NCBI RefSeq assembly: GCF_006345805.1
Contig: NC_043011.1
Coordinates: 61,702,464 to 61,766,463 of the forward strand
Source of the DNA: Octopus sinensis
Lineage: Eukaryota
Direction of reading: 5' to 3'
Length of the DNA stretch: 64,000 bases
In this document: one piece after another, positions 42,236 to 55,499 of the stretch
How the letters are laid out: every line of letters begins with the position of its first letter
Position numbering within the stretch: the first letter of the stretch is position 1
Notes under the pieces: model-generated
What the model was told of the DNA's origin: nothing
Seen by the model: the letters and a program-made list of their open reading frames with translations, nothing else
Databases searched by the model: none
Made by a program: the position numbers and the translations under genes

Positions 42236-42510
42236 TGGAGGCACATGGCCTAGTGGTTAGAGCAGCGGGTTCGAATCTCAGACCGGGCGATGTGTGTGTT
42301 TATGAGCTCCACGCAGCTCCGGCAGAAGGTAATAGCGAAACTTCTGCTGATTCTTTCGCCACAACTTTCTCTCACTCTTTCCTCCTGCATCTTGCAGCTC
42401 ACCTGCGACGGGCCGGCGTCCCGTCCAGGTGGGGAACCTATACGCCAAGGAAACCGGGAAACCGGCCCTTATGAGCCAGGAATGGCTCGAGAAGGAACAA
42501 ACAACAAACA
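42236..42510 (+). mobile_element. tRNA-head SINE
   Basis: ggaggcacatggcctagtggttagagcagcgggttcgaatctcagaccgggc head; body shared with 43626-43860. Confidence 0.75.
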
Positions 42511-42798
42511 TATATATATATATAAACAATTATAAATAAGAGCAAAAGAAAAATTTTCTGTGCCCATATGTTGAAAAACAGGCCCTCGATCTTCTAACCA
42601 CATACAATTTTTTATTCAATATAAAAACGTGTTGAAACGAAGAAAGCAAGCAAACAGAATTTTTTAAATTCGTTATTCCCGAATCAGGCCGGTTTGTGGA
42701 TTAATCCAATTAGATTCTTACTTCGTCAGCAAGAAACCCAATAAGAACAAATGGAACACTTACATATACTCACGGAAAAAGCAGGTGCAAAGTCATGA

Positions 42799-42851
<53 letters not shown>

Positions 42852-43004
42852 TATATATACACTCACAGATGTGTACTTCTGTTTTCGTGACTTATTTGGT
42901 CAACACTTCATAGAAATCCCTGGTTAGCGTTTAATTAACGTTTCCTAAATAAAGTTCGACAAACATTGCCACGCTTTAAATGGGATCAGTTATTATCTAC
43001 TTAC

Positions 43005-43043
43005 TAATCGGAATGTGTCCCCAGCATTTCTGCAGAGCAATCA
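43005..43043 (-). CDS. Candidate second exon of G2: (V)IALQKCWGHIPI
   Basis: Acceptor gaaattatttcag, donor gtaagt, 39 nt phase 1-1; completes signal peptide MKYCLCFLFIFVIALQKCWG. Confidence 0.5.
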
Positions 43044-43584
43044 CTGAAATAATTTCAAGAATATAAACACGGAATGATGAAAATAATTCAGAAATATAGT
43101 AACGGTTTAAAATGATGAAATATGTGTATCATACAAAATTTATACAAATCATACACATCGTTTGAAAACATGAGTCTGTAGAATTGGATGAGTAAAAATT
43201 TCTTCATGGTAATGTTGTATTTAAACGGCAATATGTATCTAAGCTAAAAGAACGTCATCCCAGCAGTAAGTCATGAGAATATTAGATATATTTCGCCCTT
43301 CACGAGGCTTGTCATGAACGTGCAGCCTTCTCGAACGATTTTCTTTTCTCGATACATAAGCAAACGCGAATAATTATTTCATTGATATCGATGGGTAACA
43401 GCCGAACGGTAAAAACTCGGTAAAGCCAATTGAAACAGTATTGAATTAAAGCAGAGACCTTAACAGCCCAGCAAGAATTCATTCTGCAAAAATTCTTTAA
43501 ATATAAAGGTTCGAATGGCTTGGAATGCGTGTGCTTATCAGTGTAAGCATGCACACGAAAAAACACGTGCGTAAGCTAATGCAC

Positions 43585-43625
<41 letters not shown>

Positions 43626-43629
<4 letters not shown>

Positions 43630-44160
43630 TGTGTGTGTGTGTCTCTGGAGGCGCAATGGCCCAGTGGTTAGGGCAGCGGACCCGTGGTAGTAGGATCGCG
43701 GTTTCCATTCCCAGACCGGGCATTGAGAGTGTTTATTGAGCAAAAACACTTAAAGTTCCACGAGGCTCCGGCAGTAGGTGGTGGTAAACCCTGCTATACT
43801 CTTTCACCACAACTTTCTCACACCCTTTCTTCCTGTTTCTGCTGTACCTGTATTTCAAAGGCCCAGCCTTGTCACACTCTGTGTCACGTTGAATCTACCC
43901 GAGAACTACGTTATAGGTATACGTGTCGGTGAAATGCTTGGCCACTTGCACGTTAATAAATTATCTGCGACGTCACAGGTGCCAAGCTGTATCAGCCTTT
44001 GCCTTATCCCTTGGATAACATTGGTGGCGGCGTGGAGAGGGGAGGCCAGTATGCATGGGCGAATTCTGGTCATCCAAAAACAAACTTTCCCAGACTTGTG
44101 CCTCGGGGGTAACTTTCTAAATGTAATCCCATGGACATTCATGACCGAAGGAGGTCTCAC
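43626..44160 (+). mobile_element. tRNA-head SINE, near full length (family beta)
   Basis: A box TGGCCCAGTGG, B-box-like GTTTCCATTCC, body matching the fragments at 3060, 5225 and 6150. Confidence 0.8.
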
Positions 44161-44269
44161 ACACACACACAAACATATATATATATATATATATGAGTGT
44201 GTGTGTGTGTATATATATATACATATGTATATAAGCATGTGTGTGTGTGTATACATATACATACACACA

Positions 44270-44327
<58 letters not shown>

Positions 44328-44859
44328 AATCACGCAAAACCTAACCTGTCTGATTGATTCATTTTCCACAACGTTATATTTTGCGACTATTATCTTTTCT
44401 CGTTATTCACCTGACGATTTCATTTTTATATTACGTAGGCTAACAAAACGAACCTAACTCGTCAGGCATAAGTCAGAATGTGTTAATATGTAATTCCTGG
44501 CATTAATATTGATCGCACGTCTTCCAAACCGTTCAACCTTTATATCTAAACAAGGGGTTTGAAGTTTTTATCTTTACATTGTGAACATCATTTAAAGTAC
44601 TCAGCATAAAAATATGCACTGATAATTGTTTCTTGCTCCGAAAACACGTGGCTAATGATGTTTTCATAACGAGCTTTGCGTCAACAAGCAACTTAAGACT
44701 ATGATCACATGATCGTTTTTGTTTGCAAGCCAATACGCTAGTACATGAGAAAATAAAAACCTAAAATCGGGAAGAAGGTTGATGCAAAATTGAAAGTTGA
44801 TTAAACGGTAAAGAAAGAAAATTAGGATTACGTCGTGTTTCCCAGTAGAAGGCATAAAT

Positions 44860-45150
44860 AAACTAGTTGTTGTAGAGGAATCCAACAGAGACGGGTGCTA
44901 ATTTTGCCATACAATTTCTCAATCGGATGAGAGTGGTAGACTCCAGTTTCCCCAAAAGAAATTTGACCATCTGCTTGCATTTGCTGAAAATTTCGATTCT
45001 GGAATTAAGTAGAGTGGTGGAATCTTTGTAGGTCATTCTGCTACGCAAAAGTTAGTTTGCTTTAATCCATCTACATATGGCATGGGTTTCTCTACGATTC
45101 TCCACTTGATTGTATGCGGTGTACAGTTGGGCTTCAAAACATCATACCTG
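44860..45150 (-). mobile_element. Penelope-like element remnant, GIY-YIG C-terminal region
   Basis: Minus-strand TIKWRIVEKPMPYVDGLKQTNFCVAE then TYKDSTTLLNSRIEIFSKCKQMVKFLL, resembling the PLE pattern KW.I...A.PY....K.CNLCL.EK...LLN.RSE..SKC.H..KFLL. Confidence 0.7.
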
Positions 45151-45290
45151 ACTCGGTAAATTAGTGACTATACATTCGTGTGTGTGTGTGTGTGTGTGTG
45201 TGTCTGTCTCTTTTTGATAGATTAAATGATAATCATATATTAAATACAAACAATTATGAAGATAAAAACATTTGTCTTGTAACTACTTAC

Positions 45291-45324
45291 CGAAAATAAA
45301 GAGAAAACACAGACAATATTTCAT
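45291..45324 (-). CDS. Candidate first coding exon of G2, signal-peptide start MKYCLCFLFIF
   Basis: In-frame stop 15 nt upstream, CCACG-ATGAAATATT context matching G1, donor G|gtaagt in phase 1. Confidence 0.6.
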
Positions 45325-45398
45325 CGTGGATTTTCTTTTTCAATGACTGTCCGATCATGAAATGTTCCCTCACTTGTCTCCATTTCTTTTATATTCAG

Positions 45399-45428
45399 AA
45401 ATGATGTAACAGCTGTTTCTCCTCACTG
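45399..45428 (-). promoter_or_regulatory. Conserved upstream or 5'UTR block of G2 with E-box CAGCTG
   Basis: 27/30 identical to 9839-9868. Confidence 0.5.
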
Positions 45429-45519
45429 AAGCCAGCTTATATTCGCACCATACGGTTTTCTCTAATATTTTTTTATGATGCCTTTAATGGTTTTCACGAA
45501 GTGAAATGTGGAATATAAC

Positions 45520-45553
<34 letters not shown>

Positions 45554-46357
45554 GTATATATATGTGTGTGCGTGTGAGCGTACTGTGTGTGTAGTTGTGT
45601 ATACATACATGTATGGATTTATGTGCGTATAAACAATAAGACAGATTTCTTTCAGACGATTTCTATGCTGATAAACAAAAGAGAAAATGTTACTACTTGG
45701 AATTCTCCAAAAAAGAAACAGTGCAAAATGACCGAATCAACCATGCTACAGCTGGGACTGTGAAATACTGCAAACTATTACAAACTTATTATTTATGGCG
45801 ATACATCAATGAACACGTTCGAGGGACCAGAATAAGAAAGAAAGGGCAGAAGCAGAATGGTGGAGATGGCCAGAGAAAACAAGGAGCGATACATTGCCCC
45901 ATCATTAAAAGATAAAGTAAGGATTGTAAATAAAATTTGCGTTGTATGTTATGAAGAACATTTGACTTTAAGGCTGAAAACAAAAGGAATAAAAGAGAGG
46001 ACAAGAAGGAAATAAGCATACACACATATAAACATGTATACACAATTATATACCCACACATACACATGCATAAAGATTATATACACATACAGATGTACAT
46101 ATGTACATACACATATATACGCACATGCATATATATATACATACCTGACACACATGTACATGTAAGCATCTTATACGTACACGCATAGATACACACAAAA
46201 ATACATACATACATATATATATATAGTATTTAATCATATCAAAGGGAAATGGAATTTAATTAAAATTAAAAGCATTTAATCAAAATCTACATTTTCAGTG
46301 GTCTAACGTGTAAAAAAAATTAGTCAAAAAGACTGTATATTAGTCATACGATATAGT

Positions 46358-46918
46358 GTATATTAAAACACATAAGGAGTCCACCTATAGGGATTCTACG
46401 CATTAGAAAGAACAGCTAAGTTCTATGACCACAAAAATTGGGGATAAAATTCGACAGGAATAAATTTGGAAATGAAAAACATTTACCATCTATTTTCCTG
46501 GACCAATTGGTTTCTAATCTTCTTTTGGCGAGTTAAGAAGAACTCACAAGGTCTGATTTTCTTCAGCAGGTCCAACCTAGTGGAACTTTATTGTATCCAG
46601 CGAAGGACTGTGTCTGCACAGTAAAATTTGAAAAGTTAGTTCGTATGAACGCAAGACAAGTAATCTTGTTTGTCTCATGTGGATATGTTTAACACTAGGT
46701 TGGGCCTGCTGAAGAGAATCAGACCTTGTGAGTTCTCTATGATTCGCTAAAAGAAGATTAGAAACCAATCGGTCCAGGAAACTAGAAGGCAAATGTTTTT
46801 CATTTCCAAATTTATTCCTGTCGAAGTTTATCCCCAATTTTGAGTGGTTATAGAACTTAGCTGTTCATTCTAGCGCGTAGAACCCCAACAATTGGATTCC
46901 TTATGTGTTTAATTATAC
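46358..46918. mobile_element. MITE or foldback element with ~225-bp inverted arms and a 110-bp spacer
   Basis: 46358-46582 is the reverse complement of 46693-46918 with scattered mismatches; no coding capacity recognised. Confidence 0.85.
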
Positions 46919-46925
46919 GCTATAT

Positions 46926-46959
<34 letters not shown>

Positions 46960-47049
46960 ACTTGTAGATATGTAGCTCCATACTTGCATATATCGCTTTC
47001 ACATTTAAGTATACATAAAAATAGCAAACGAAACAATATACATATATAC

Positions 47050-47234
47050 CTGTGTCCATAGGCTCATACGGATAGAGTGTCCATATGCACGTACCACTTC
47101 AGTGCCATTCCATAAAATTGTAATATAATTATATTCAAATTCGTTAATGGGGAGCAATATAGGTGTCAAAAGTGAGGTCACGTTGTATATAATCGTTACA
47201 TTACGAGATATTCTCACGTAAGCCGAAATAGTAT
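47050..47234 (-). CDS. Isolated exon candidate (TISAYVRISRNVTIIYNVTS...ITILWNGTEVVRAYGHSIRMSLWTQ), phase 1-0
   Basis: 185 nt open, acceptor gactttag, donor CAG|gtatat, three N-x-T sequons; no linked exons identified. Confidence 0.2.
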
Positions 47235-47639
47235 CTAAAGTCATTAATTTACATCCGATATAAAATATTCAGCGTATATTCTGGGGAGCAGGGCTGTGGC
47301 CTCACAAAATTGCTTGATTTAACTTAAAGGTGATTTAATCGGGGATTCATAGAATTACTTAACCAGTTTAAAGTATGCAAGTACTCGAAGAACCTGATGC
47401 AAGAAAGTAAACCCACAAATCGATATTTATATCATTCATAATGTGAACGAAATTAATGTATCTCGAAGATTATTGTTATGTATTAACACTGGTATTGATA
47501 CTTTGAGCTAGACAACTGTTTCTAATTTTATGCAAGCAGTAATTTTACGCAAGATTGTAGCAATCATATTAGGAATAACGATGCTAGTCATAAGAGTGGT
47601 AACAATAACGGGGATTGCTGTAAATCGAGTAATTGTAAA

Positions 47640-47877
47640 ATGTAGTAGAAAAGGAAGAAAAGGAAGAAGGAGAAAAAGAAGACGAAGAAGAAAAAGAAGA
47701 CGAAGAAGAAAAAGAAGACGAAGAAGAAGAAGGAGGAGGAGGAGAAGAAGAAGAAGAAGAAGAAGAAGAAGAAGGAAGACGAAGAAGAAGAAGAAGAAGA
47801 AGAAGAAGAAGAGGAGGAAGAAGAAGAAGAAGAAGAAGAAGAAGAAGAAGAAGGAGGAGGAGGAAGAGAAGAAGAAG

Positions 47878-47909
<32 letters not shown>

Positions 47910-47990
47910 GAAGAAGAAGAAGAAGAAGAAGAAGAAGAAGAAGAAGAAGAACTAGAACAAGAAAGGGAAGAAGACGAAGAAGAAGAACCA
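47640..47990. repeat. (AAG)n/(GAG)n purine tract
   Basis: Direct reading; source of the spurious K/R-rich ORF 47530-47910. Confidence 0.95.
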
Positions 47991-48299
47991 CAACAACAGG
48001 GTCTACGGAGACAATTATATTAATAATAATTATTTCTGTCATAGTCACAAGGCCAGAAACTTTGGCGAAGGGAGCAAGTCAACTACATCGACTCTAGTGA
48101 GTAACTTGTACTTATTTCATCGACCCCGAAAAACGGAAGGCAAAGTTGACCACGGTGGAATTAGAACTCAAAACTCAAAGACAAACGAAATGCCTCTAAG
48201 CATTTTGCCCGGTGTGCTAACGATTCTTCAAGCTCGCCAACTGATTATGGTAACAGTAATAATGATAATAGATATGACATAAATGGTAATGGTACGACT

Positions 48300-48620
48300 C
48301 CGAAGAAATGCAATGGTCGAGACGGAGGTAAATGTCCTCTTAAATGCAGTTGTCTCACAATGAATATCGTTTACATATGTATCATAAAAACCAATACTAA
48401 TACCTTCACCTACATATGCAGAACATCTCTTGTCTTCAAAGTAAGATTACATAATCAACTTTAAGTTAACTTAGACAATATTGTAAGGCCGCGACCCTGC
48501 TCCCTAGATTATATGTTGGAAATATTATATCGGATGTAATTTGACGGTATTAGGCAGTATTTCAGCTTACGTGAGCATAACTGGTAACTCACTCCAATTA
48601 TTCGCCCCATTCTCTTAATA
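48300..48620 (+). mobile_element. Penelope-like element remnant, GIY-YIG N-terminal region
   Basis: CNGRDGGKCPLKCSCLTMNIVYICIIKTNTNTFTYICRTSLVFKVRLHNQ resembles the PLE pattern CNC..K..CPL.G.CL..NIVY........YIG.T...FK.R..NH. Confidence 0.7.
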
Positions 48621-49083
48621 AATTTACCATTTCTAAATATTTTAACATATTTTGATATAATTATATTACTCTTTTGTTTGATAACACTGTAATCGTATGT
48701 GCATTCGGATACTCATTTTGTGTGTGCCTTTGGAATTTGCCGATGGAATTTGAACTCAGATCTCTAAGACGGACGAAATGCCTCTAAGCACTTTGTTCAG
48801 CGTGCAAACGATTCTTCCAGTTCACCGACTTATCATATTAATAGCGATAATAAAAAGGGACATTACCTCATTTAAAATGTTTCGATACATATGTATATGC
48901 ATTCACATATATGTATACATATTAATAAGGGTTAGGCACATATATATATATGTATATGAATATATATATATATATATATACATACACACATATATATATA
49001 TCTATGTATGTATGTATATATATATGTATATACAAATATATATATACATATATATACATATATATATATATATACATGTATAC

Positions 49084-49123
<40 letters not shown>

Positions 49124-49224
49124 TTGCATTCCATCCGTTCCTTTGCATTCACTTCAAAGGTCAACTTTGCCTTTCATCCTTCGACAATACCCCTCCCTAG
49201 AATTTAAGTCCTTGGGCTAATAGT

Positions 49225-49843
49225 AAAAAACGATTATTATTCTTTTCTACTCTAGGCACAAGGTCTGAAATTTTGGGGATGGGGGTGAGTTGATTAGATC
49301 GATCTCTGTACGCAGCTGGTACTTAATTTATCGACCCCGAAAGGATGAAAGGCAAAGTTGACCTCGACGGAATTTGAACTCAGAACGTAACGGCAGATTA
49401 AATACGGCTACGCATTTCGTCCAGCTTGCTAACGTTTCCGCCAGCTCGCCGCCTTAGAAAGGATTATTATCATTGTTGTTGTTGTTATGCTTTTCGTTCA
49501 GTCAGCATTTCATTGTTGTTAAGTGTCATTAAATCTTTACACTTAATTACACAGTTAAGACTCACGGACATCCCACGCACACAACAAATCTCGTCCCCAA
49601 GTCTAACTTGACTCAAAATTCAGATATTCAATAGAAATCCCTTTCTCGTGTTTCTACAACCAAAATTACAAAACAACACCAATATATTTATCATATTTTT
49701 ATTTATGTATACACGTATTGGTTCTTTTACTCTTCTTATTCAGAACTTCAGAATTGACAGGAATATGAACTGTAATGAGAATAGAAAAGAATGCTTATTA
49801 CAACATCTGTATTGGAGGGAATTAAGTTCACATTAACCAAAGA
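49225..49843 (+). repeat. Local duplication, copy 2 of 34805-35417
   Basis: Direct sequence comparison. Confidence 0.9.
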
Positions 49844-50339
49844 AGTATTCTTGTACATAATTAAGTATTGAGTGTTGGTGTTAAGTTGACAATAGTATTT
49901 CTGAAATTAATGTAACCACTTCACTGCAATATTACATTTTCTGTACCAGTCGAATATATCATGTAATATATCAATTGTCGTTAAATTTATTAGGTGTTGT
50001 GCATATAGTAAACTGTATCACATGACTGAAGAAATTGCTTATAATGTCGTTAATCTAAAATGCGTGATATATTTGTATTAATGGCTTTATGTCTGTGTGT
50101 GCGTGCTGGGAGTTTTCTTTCTCTATTTCTTTTGCATTTAGTATAGCCCAGTATTTGCCATGAAGGGGCTTTTCTTGCCATCGTTTTATCATGGTCCGTT
50201 GCTGTTCTAGTTTTTGTTTGGATTTCATGTTTTATACTTAACTTTTGTTTCTTCTTCTTCTTCTTCTTCTTCTTCTTCTTCTTCTTCTTCTTCTTCTTCT
50301 TCTTCTTCTTCTTCTTCTTCTACTTCGTCTTCTTTTTCA

Positions 50340-51232
50340 TACTTGTTCGGTTGTATGACTTCTTGTTTGTATTTTTCAGCTTCATTAAATAAGAAAAACA
50401 GTTTTTGTTTTGCTCGTGTTTTGTGGCTATTTGTATCAGTTTTCCTTACTTCTCAAGTAGGCATTTTTGAAGTCCTGTGGTGATTATTTTATAAGAGCTT
50501 TCCAGCTGTATAAGGCCTCTACCACCTTCTATACGTTGTATATATAGCCTTTCTATGTCAGATTTACGGTGCCGCATCCTAGATCCTGTCATTATTTTTC
50601 TTGTTTTCCTGTCTATTTTGGTTAGTTCATTTAGTATCCAGTTAAGGATATTGTAGCTGTAACTTATAACTGGGACGGCTAAAGTGTTAATACATGTTAT
50701 CTTGTTTTTAGCGTTGAGCTCTCTTTCCAGAATAGGTCTAACTCGTCTATAGTATTCTTTCTTTATTTTCTCTTTCATTTGTGTGTGTTGTGTCTTATCT
50801 AGTTCATGGATTCCTAAGTATTTGTATGCCTGGCTTTGGTCAAATTCTCTTATTTCATTGGATTTACCTAGTGTGATGTTGCTGCTCTTAATTAGTTTTC
50901 CTATTTCAGGGTTGCTTTGGCACATTTTTCTCATCCAAATTTCCTGTCTATTTATTTGGTAAATCCATGTACTGTCTGTAGTAGTGTTTCCAGCTGTTTG
51001 CCATTTGTAGCGTATAGTCTTATGTCATCCATATATAAAAGGTGGTTCATTGTTTTGCCGTAACATTTGTATCCGCATCCACTTCTATTTAGCATGTGAG
51101 ATAAAGGCGTCAGTGCGAAGCAGAAAAGGAGTAGAGAGAGTGTGTCTCCCTGGAATATTCCTCGTGTAATGACTATGGCTTTGGTTTTCACGAGTCTCTC
51201 TTTTGTTTGAAGCTGTAGCACTGTTTCTTGTT
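50340..51232 (-). mobile_element. R4/Dong-like LINE RT fragment
   Basis: RGIFQGDTLSLLLF...HLLYMDDIRLY (50952-51221) and YKYLGIHE...RGLIQLE (50446-50934). Confidence 0.9.
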
Positions 51233-51309
51233 ACTTAGTTGTGTTGATTGTCTATTATTATTATTATTATTAGTATTATTAGTATTATTATTATTGTTAT
51301 CTTTTCTTC

Positions 51310-54300
51310 TTCTTCTTTCAAATTTGCTTCCATTTCTTGCCGAGTGTCTTCCCGACTCCTAGGGCAAAGAAACTCATAGTATACATTGGTAGGCCATTAA
51401 ACCAAACTCAATAGTTCGTTCATTTTTTTTTAAGTAAAATTAAAATACATGGGTAGTAATAGATCTCACATCGACAATGCACTTCTCAATACGTGTGATG
51501 TACCAGTTAAGACAATCTTTTGCACTTCTTGCAGGGATGGTAAGCCAGGGATAATTCTCATATAATTTTCTATTCCCTTCTTGATCATTCCTAGTGCTCC
51601 TACGATCACTGATATTGTAATCGCCTTGAGATGCCACATTTTCTCAATTTCAATGAGCAGGTCTTTATATTTTCTGAGCTTGTCAAACTCTTTCGCCGAG
51701 ATATTATGATCACAGGGGATGCTCATGTCGATCAATAAGCAAACTTTATTGTTTTGGTCTTTCACAACAATATCCGGTTTATTGGCTTTGATGGTTCGGT
51801 CTGTATGTACTGGAAAGTCCAACAGAATCGTTACATTTTCTCCTTCAGTTACAGCTTCAGGGTGGTGATTATACCACTTGTCGGCAGTTTTGATATTGTA
51901 ATGCCGACTTATTAGCCAGTGTAGATATTGGCCAACTCTGTCATGTCTTAATTTATACTCCACTGGTGCTAAGACTTTACATCCAGAGATTAGGTGGTCC
52001 ACTGTTTCAACCATGTCGTTGCAGAATCGGCATTTGGGTCTGCTCCATTTTTCATTACAATGGCCTGGTAGTTCAGGGTTAATAGGCTTTGATGTTGAGC
52101 AGCCAGGATGAAACCTTCGCTCTCTGCTTTTAGCCCTGAGCTCCGTAGCCACTGATGGGTTTGCTTCTGGTCAACATCAGCTTGTTTGCTGCGGGCCACA
52201 TATTTGCCGTGCAGAGGTTTCTCCTCCCACCTATCAGCCAATTGCTCGTGCTCTTTTTTCGTTGCCATTATTTTCACCTTCTTTGCAACAATAGTTTGGT
52301 ACTTCCCTCGGGTTGTTCAGTTTGGGAATCCTGCACGAGATCAATAGCAATTTTTTTGCTTTCCTTTATGATAGAATGAAGCTTCTTTCATCTCTCGTGA
52401 TTTTCCACGAGCTTTAGCATCCAGTCATTCGTTATTTCGATATATTTGGCTTGTCCAATTCTGGTTGTTTTGTAAGCTAGTTCAAATTGGATCAGGCCTC
52501 GACCTCCTTGGGCTCTGGGAAGGTAAAGGCGATCTACGTCTGCCTTTGGGTGGTGCATCCTATTAGAACTCAGCAGCTTTCGTATTTTCCAATCTATATT
52601 CTTTACTTCACTCATATTCCAGTTCAACACATTGTAGCTATAAGTAACAACTGGAACTGCTAAGGGATTTATAGCTAACACCTTGTTACGTGCATTCAGT
52701 TCAGATTTCAGGACTGCACGATGTCATCGCTGAATGCTTTCACAGTGCGCAATAAGCCTTCAAGTTCATTATCGTCTTTACCATAGAGTTTTAAGTCATC
52801 CATATAAAATAGATGGCTTATTTTTTTATTGGCAATTTTATACCCATACCCTGTTCTGTTTAATTCACTTGTAAGGGGTATTAGGGCTATGCAGAATATT
52901 AAAGGTGAAAGTGAGTCACCTTGAAAAATTCCACAGTTGATGTTTATATTTTCTGAGGCAAGTACTCCATTAGAGTGGTATAATTGGAGATTCGTATTCC
53001 ACAACGACATATTGTGCTTCAGGAAGCTTGAAATCACAGGGGAAATTTTGAAGATGTCCAGCGATGTCAAGATCCATGGATGCGGTATACTGTCGAAGGC
53101 CTTTTTATAGTCAATCCATGCGGAGCTGAGATTTCTGCGCTTGTTGTGACAGTTCTCAAGGATCATACGATTAATTAGCAGTTGATCTTTGCATCCGTAT
53201 GAGCCTCGGCGGCACCCTTTTTGTTCAATGGGGGAAATATCGTTCTTCTCCATGAATGCATATGTCTTCTCCGACAGGATAGATGTTAGGATTTTATACG
53301 TGGCGGATAGACAGATTATAGATCGATAGTTTTTTGGAAGGTTGGTTTCGTTATTCTTTGGGAGTAGTTAAGTAATACCACTTGCTAACCATTCAGGTGT
53401 TTTCTTTGGGTCTCTCATAATTCCATTGAGCAGCTGAACTAGCTTACCGTGTGCGCATGGGAGCGATGCGAGCCAGAAATTCGGCACCCTATCTTTACCG
53501 GGGGATTTCCAATTATGAGCCTTCGTGAGTGCCTTTCTTAGGTCTGCTATTGTGATGTCTTCCCATGCTTGTTGTTGTAAATTTTGGTAGGATCCTTCTG
53601 CTTGTATAATCCAGTCTGCATTTATGTTGTACGTCTTCTTGTCACTCCAAATCCTTTTCCAAAAGTTTTGAACTACTTCCATGGGCGGGGGGGGGTCTTT
53701 AACGGTTACTATCTCCTTCCCTATTTCTCTGTAGAACTTTTTGGCATTGGATGTGAACAGCTTATTTTGCTTGTAAAACTTGTTTCTCTTCTCAAATCTT
53801 CGTATTCTTTGAGCTTTTGCTTGGACATTTTGTTTCAGCGTTTCTTTTTTTGATATCAGTTCTTCTCTTGGTGAGGATCCAAATTTTCTCTTCATCTTTC
53901 TTCCTGTTCTGGATCTTACATCATTTCCACATATTAGTTCATTTAATATTGATATTTCTCCTCTCATAAATTCAATCTCTTTTTCAATTTTACTTCTCCA
54001 GGTTTGATTTCGTCCCAGGTTTGGTTTTCTTTGTTTTTTCGGGGGGCATACAGCTGGTTTCAATTGCCCTAGCAGAAGCGTAAATAATTTCATTTAACTC
54101 AGTAAAATCAGGTTTTAATACTTGTATTATTTCATTTGTTACATAGTTGCCAATTTTGATTTGTTTTTTATTTTGGTTTGTATTTGAGAGTTTATGAAGT
54201 GGTTCTCTATCATTCATACTTGTATGTCTTACAACTTCAAGCGTATTCAGGATTTTCTGCCTCATTTCAGCCATAGACTCTCTGTGTTCTTCAGCAAATG

Positions 54301-54950
54301 CGAGATCTTCAGTTACTGTTGTTTTATCATTTTCCTGGTTATCTTTAACAGGTTCAATAGAATTTCTTGTATCTTCAGGCTTTTGCGTACTTTGGTCAGA
54401 TGGCAGTCTGTCAATTAAGTCTCGTGGCGGTCTATACTGTTCATCTGATTCTTCATTTCCTTTGTGTCTTATATTTATGTCATATTCCGTTGCGTGCTTG
54501 ATCGCGCTTATTTCACTCTCTGTGAGTCTGTTATTTCTAAGGATATCCCTCCTCACATTTGCCAATTTGTTCTCGTCCAAATAGGGCCTACTCTCTTGAT
54601 TCCGTGTTCTCCATATACTGTAAGAGTTTGTGGTGTGTCTTTCTTGAGATGGCCTACCTAATGCATAGTAATAAGCGTATATTACTTCTTTATACTCTGT
54701 CGGGTCCATTTGTTCCGCTTACATTTTTCTTTCTGTGATGGTTGTGGTGGTGAACTTGGAGGGGTCGCGTTGGGGAATTTCCCGTTCAAGTGACCATTTA
54801 TGTCCGTATTCGGAGAAGAGTTTGTGCCAGTTGATGACTTTTCGATCCCAGGCTGGCTCTTCCCTGGGGGACGCGCTTCCAGATTAACCATAGGACAAGC
54901 GATTTGGTATACTGATTTAGTTTTCTTTTTAGTTTCCAAAAACATTTTGG
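51310..54950 (-). mobile_element. Near full-length R4/Dong-like non-LTR retrotransposon, inactivated
   Basis: Consecutive ORF pieces 54945 to 51466 carry KSPGKDRVPNFW, DYKKAFDS, GIFQGDSLSP, YMDD, CRFC..H.C and KPDIVV..ID; frameshifts plus an internal deletion at ~52700. Confidence 0.95.
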
Positions 54951-55291
54951 TGCTACGATAATGTTATCATTTTTGAGCTTTGATTGGCTCGTGGGGAGAC
55001 GGCCATCATTGCCGTTACAATTATAATCGTACCATTATAGCAGCCGCAGCCGGCTTATTATTGTTAATATCATCACCATTATTATCACTATTATTATTAT
55101 CACCACTATTACTATCATTATTATCATCATCACCATCATCATCATCATCATCGCCAATGATATTGTTTTATGTGTAGTCACAGCAGTATCTTATTATTGT
55201 TATTTTTGTTTTTATCATTATCACCATCACAGTAGTGTCCGTCTGTCTCGTTGGCTGGCTGGGTGGTTGGCTATTATTATTATTATTATTA

Positions 55292-55350
<59 letters not shown>

Positions 55351-55352
55351 TT

Positions 55353-55390
<38 letters not shown>

Positions 55391-55499
55391 TTACTGCCAT
55401 AGCAAAAGGTGTGGTTTGTAGTGCGCTGTAAGTTTCTGTTTTATTCATTTGTTTTAAAATGTTCTATACTGTACTCTATTGGTCAAATCGTTTTGCGAG

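Noticed and set aside
41778-42244. Overlapping minus-strand ORFs of 68 and 134 aa
   Set aside because: Partly microsatellite-derived, with no recognisable domain or consistent splice sites.
54950-55030. HDV-like ribozyme at the 5' end of the R4/Dong element
   Set aside because: A GGCCGTC start is present but no complementary P1 strand was found downstream.
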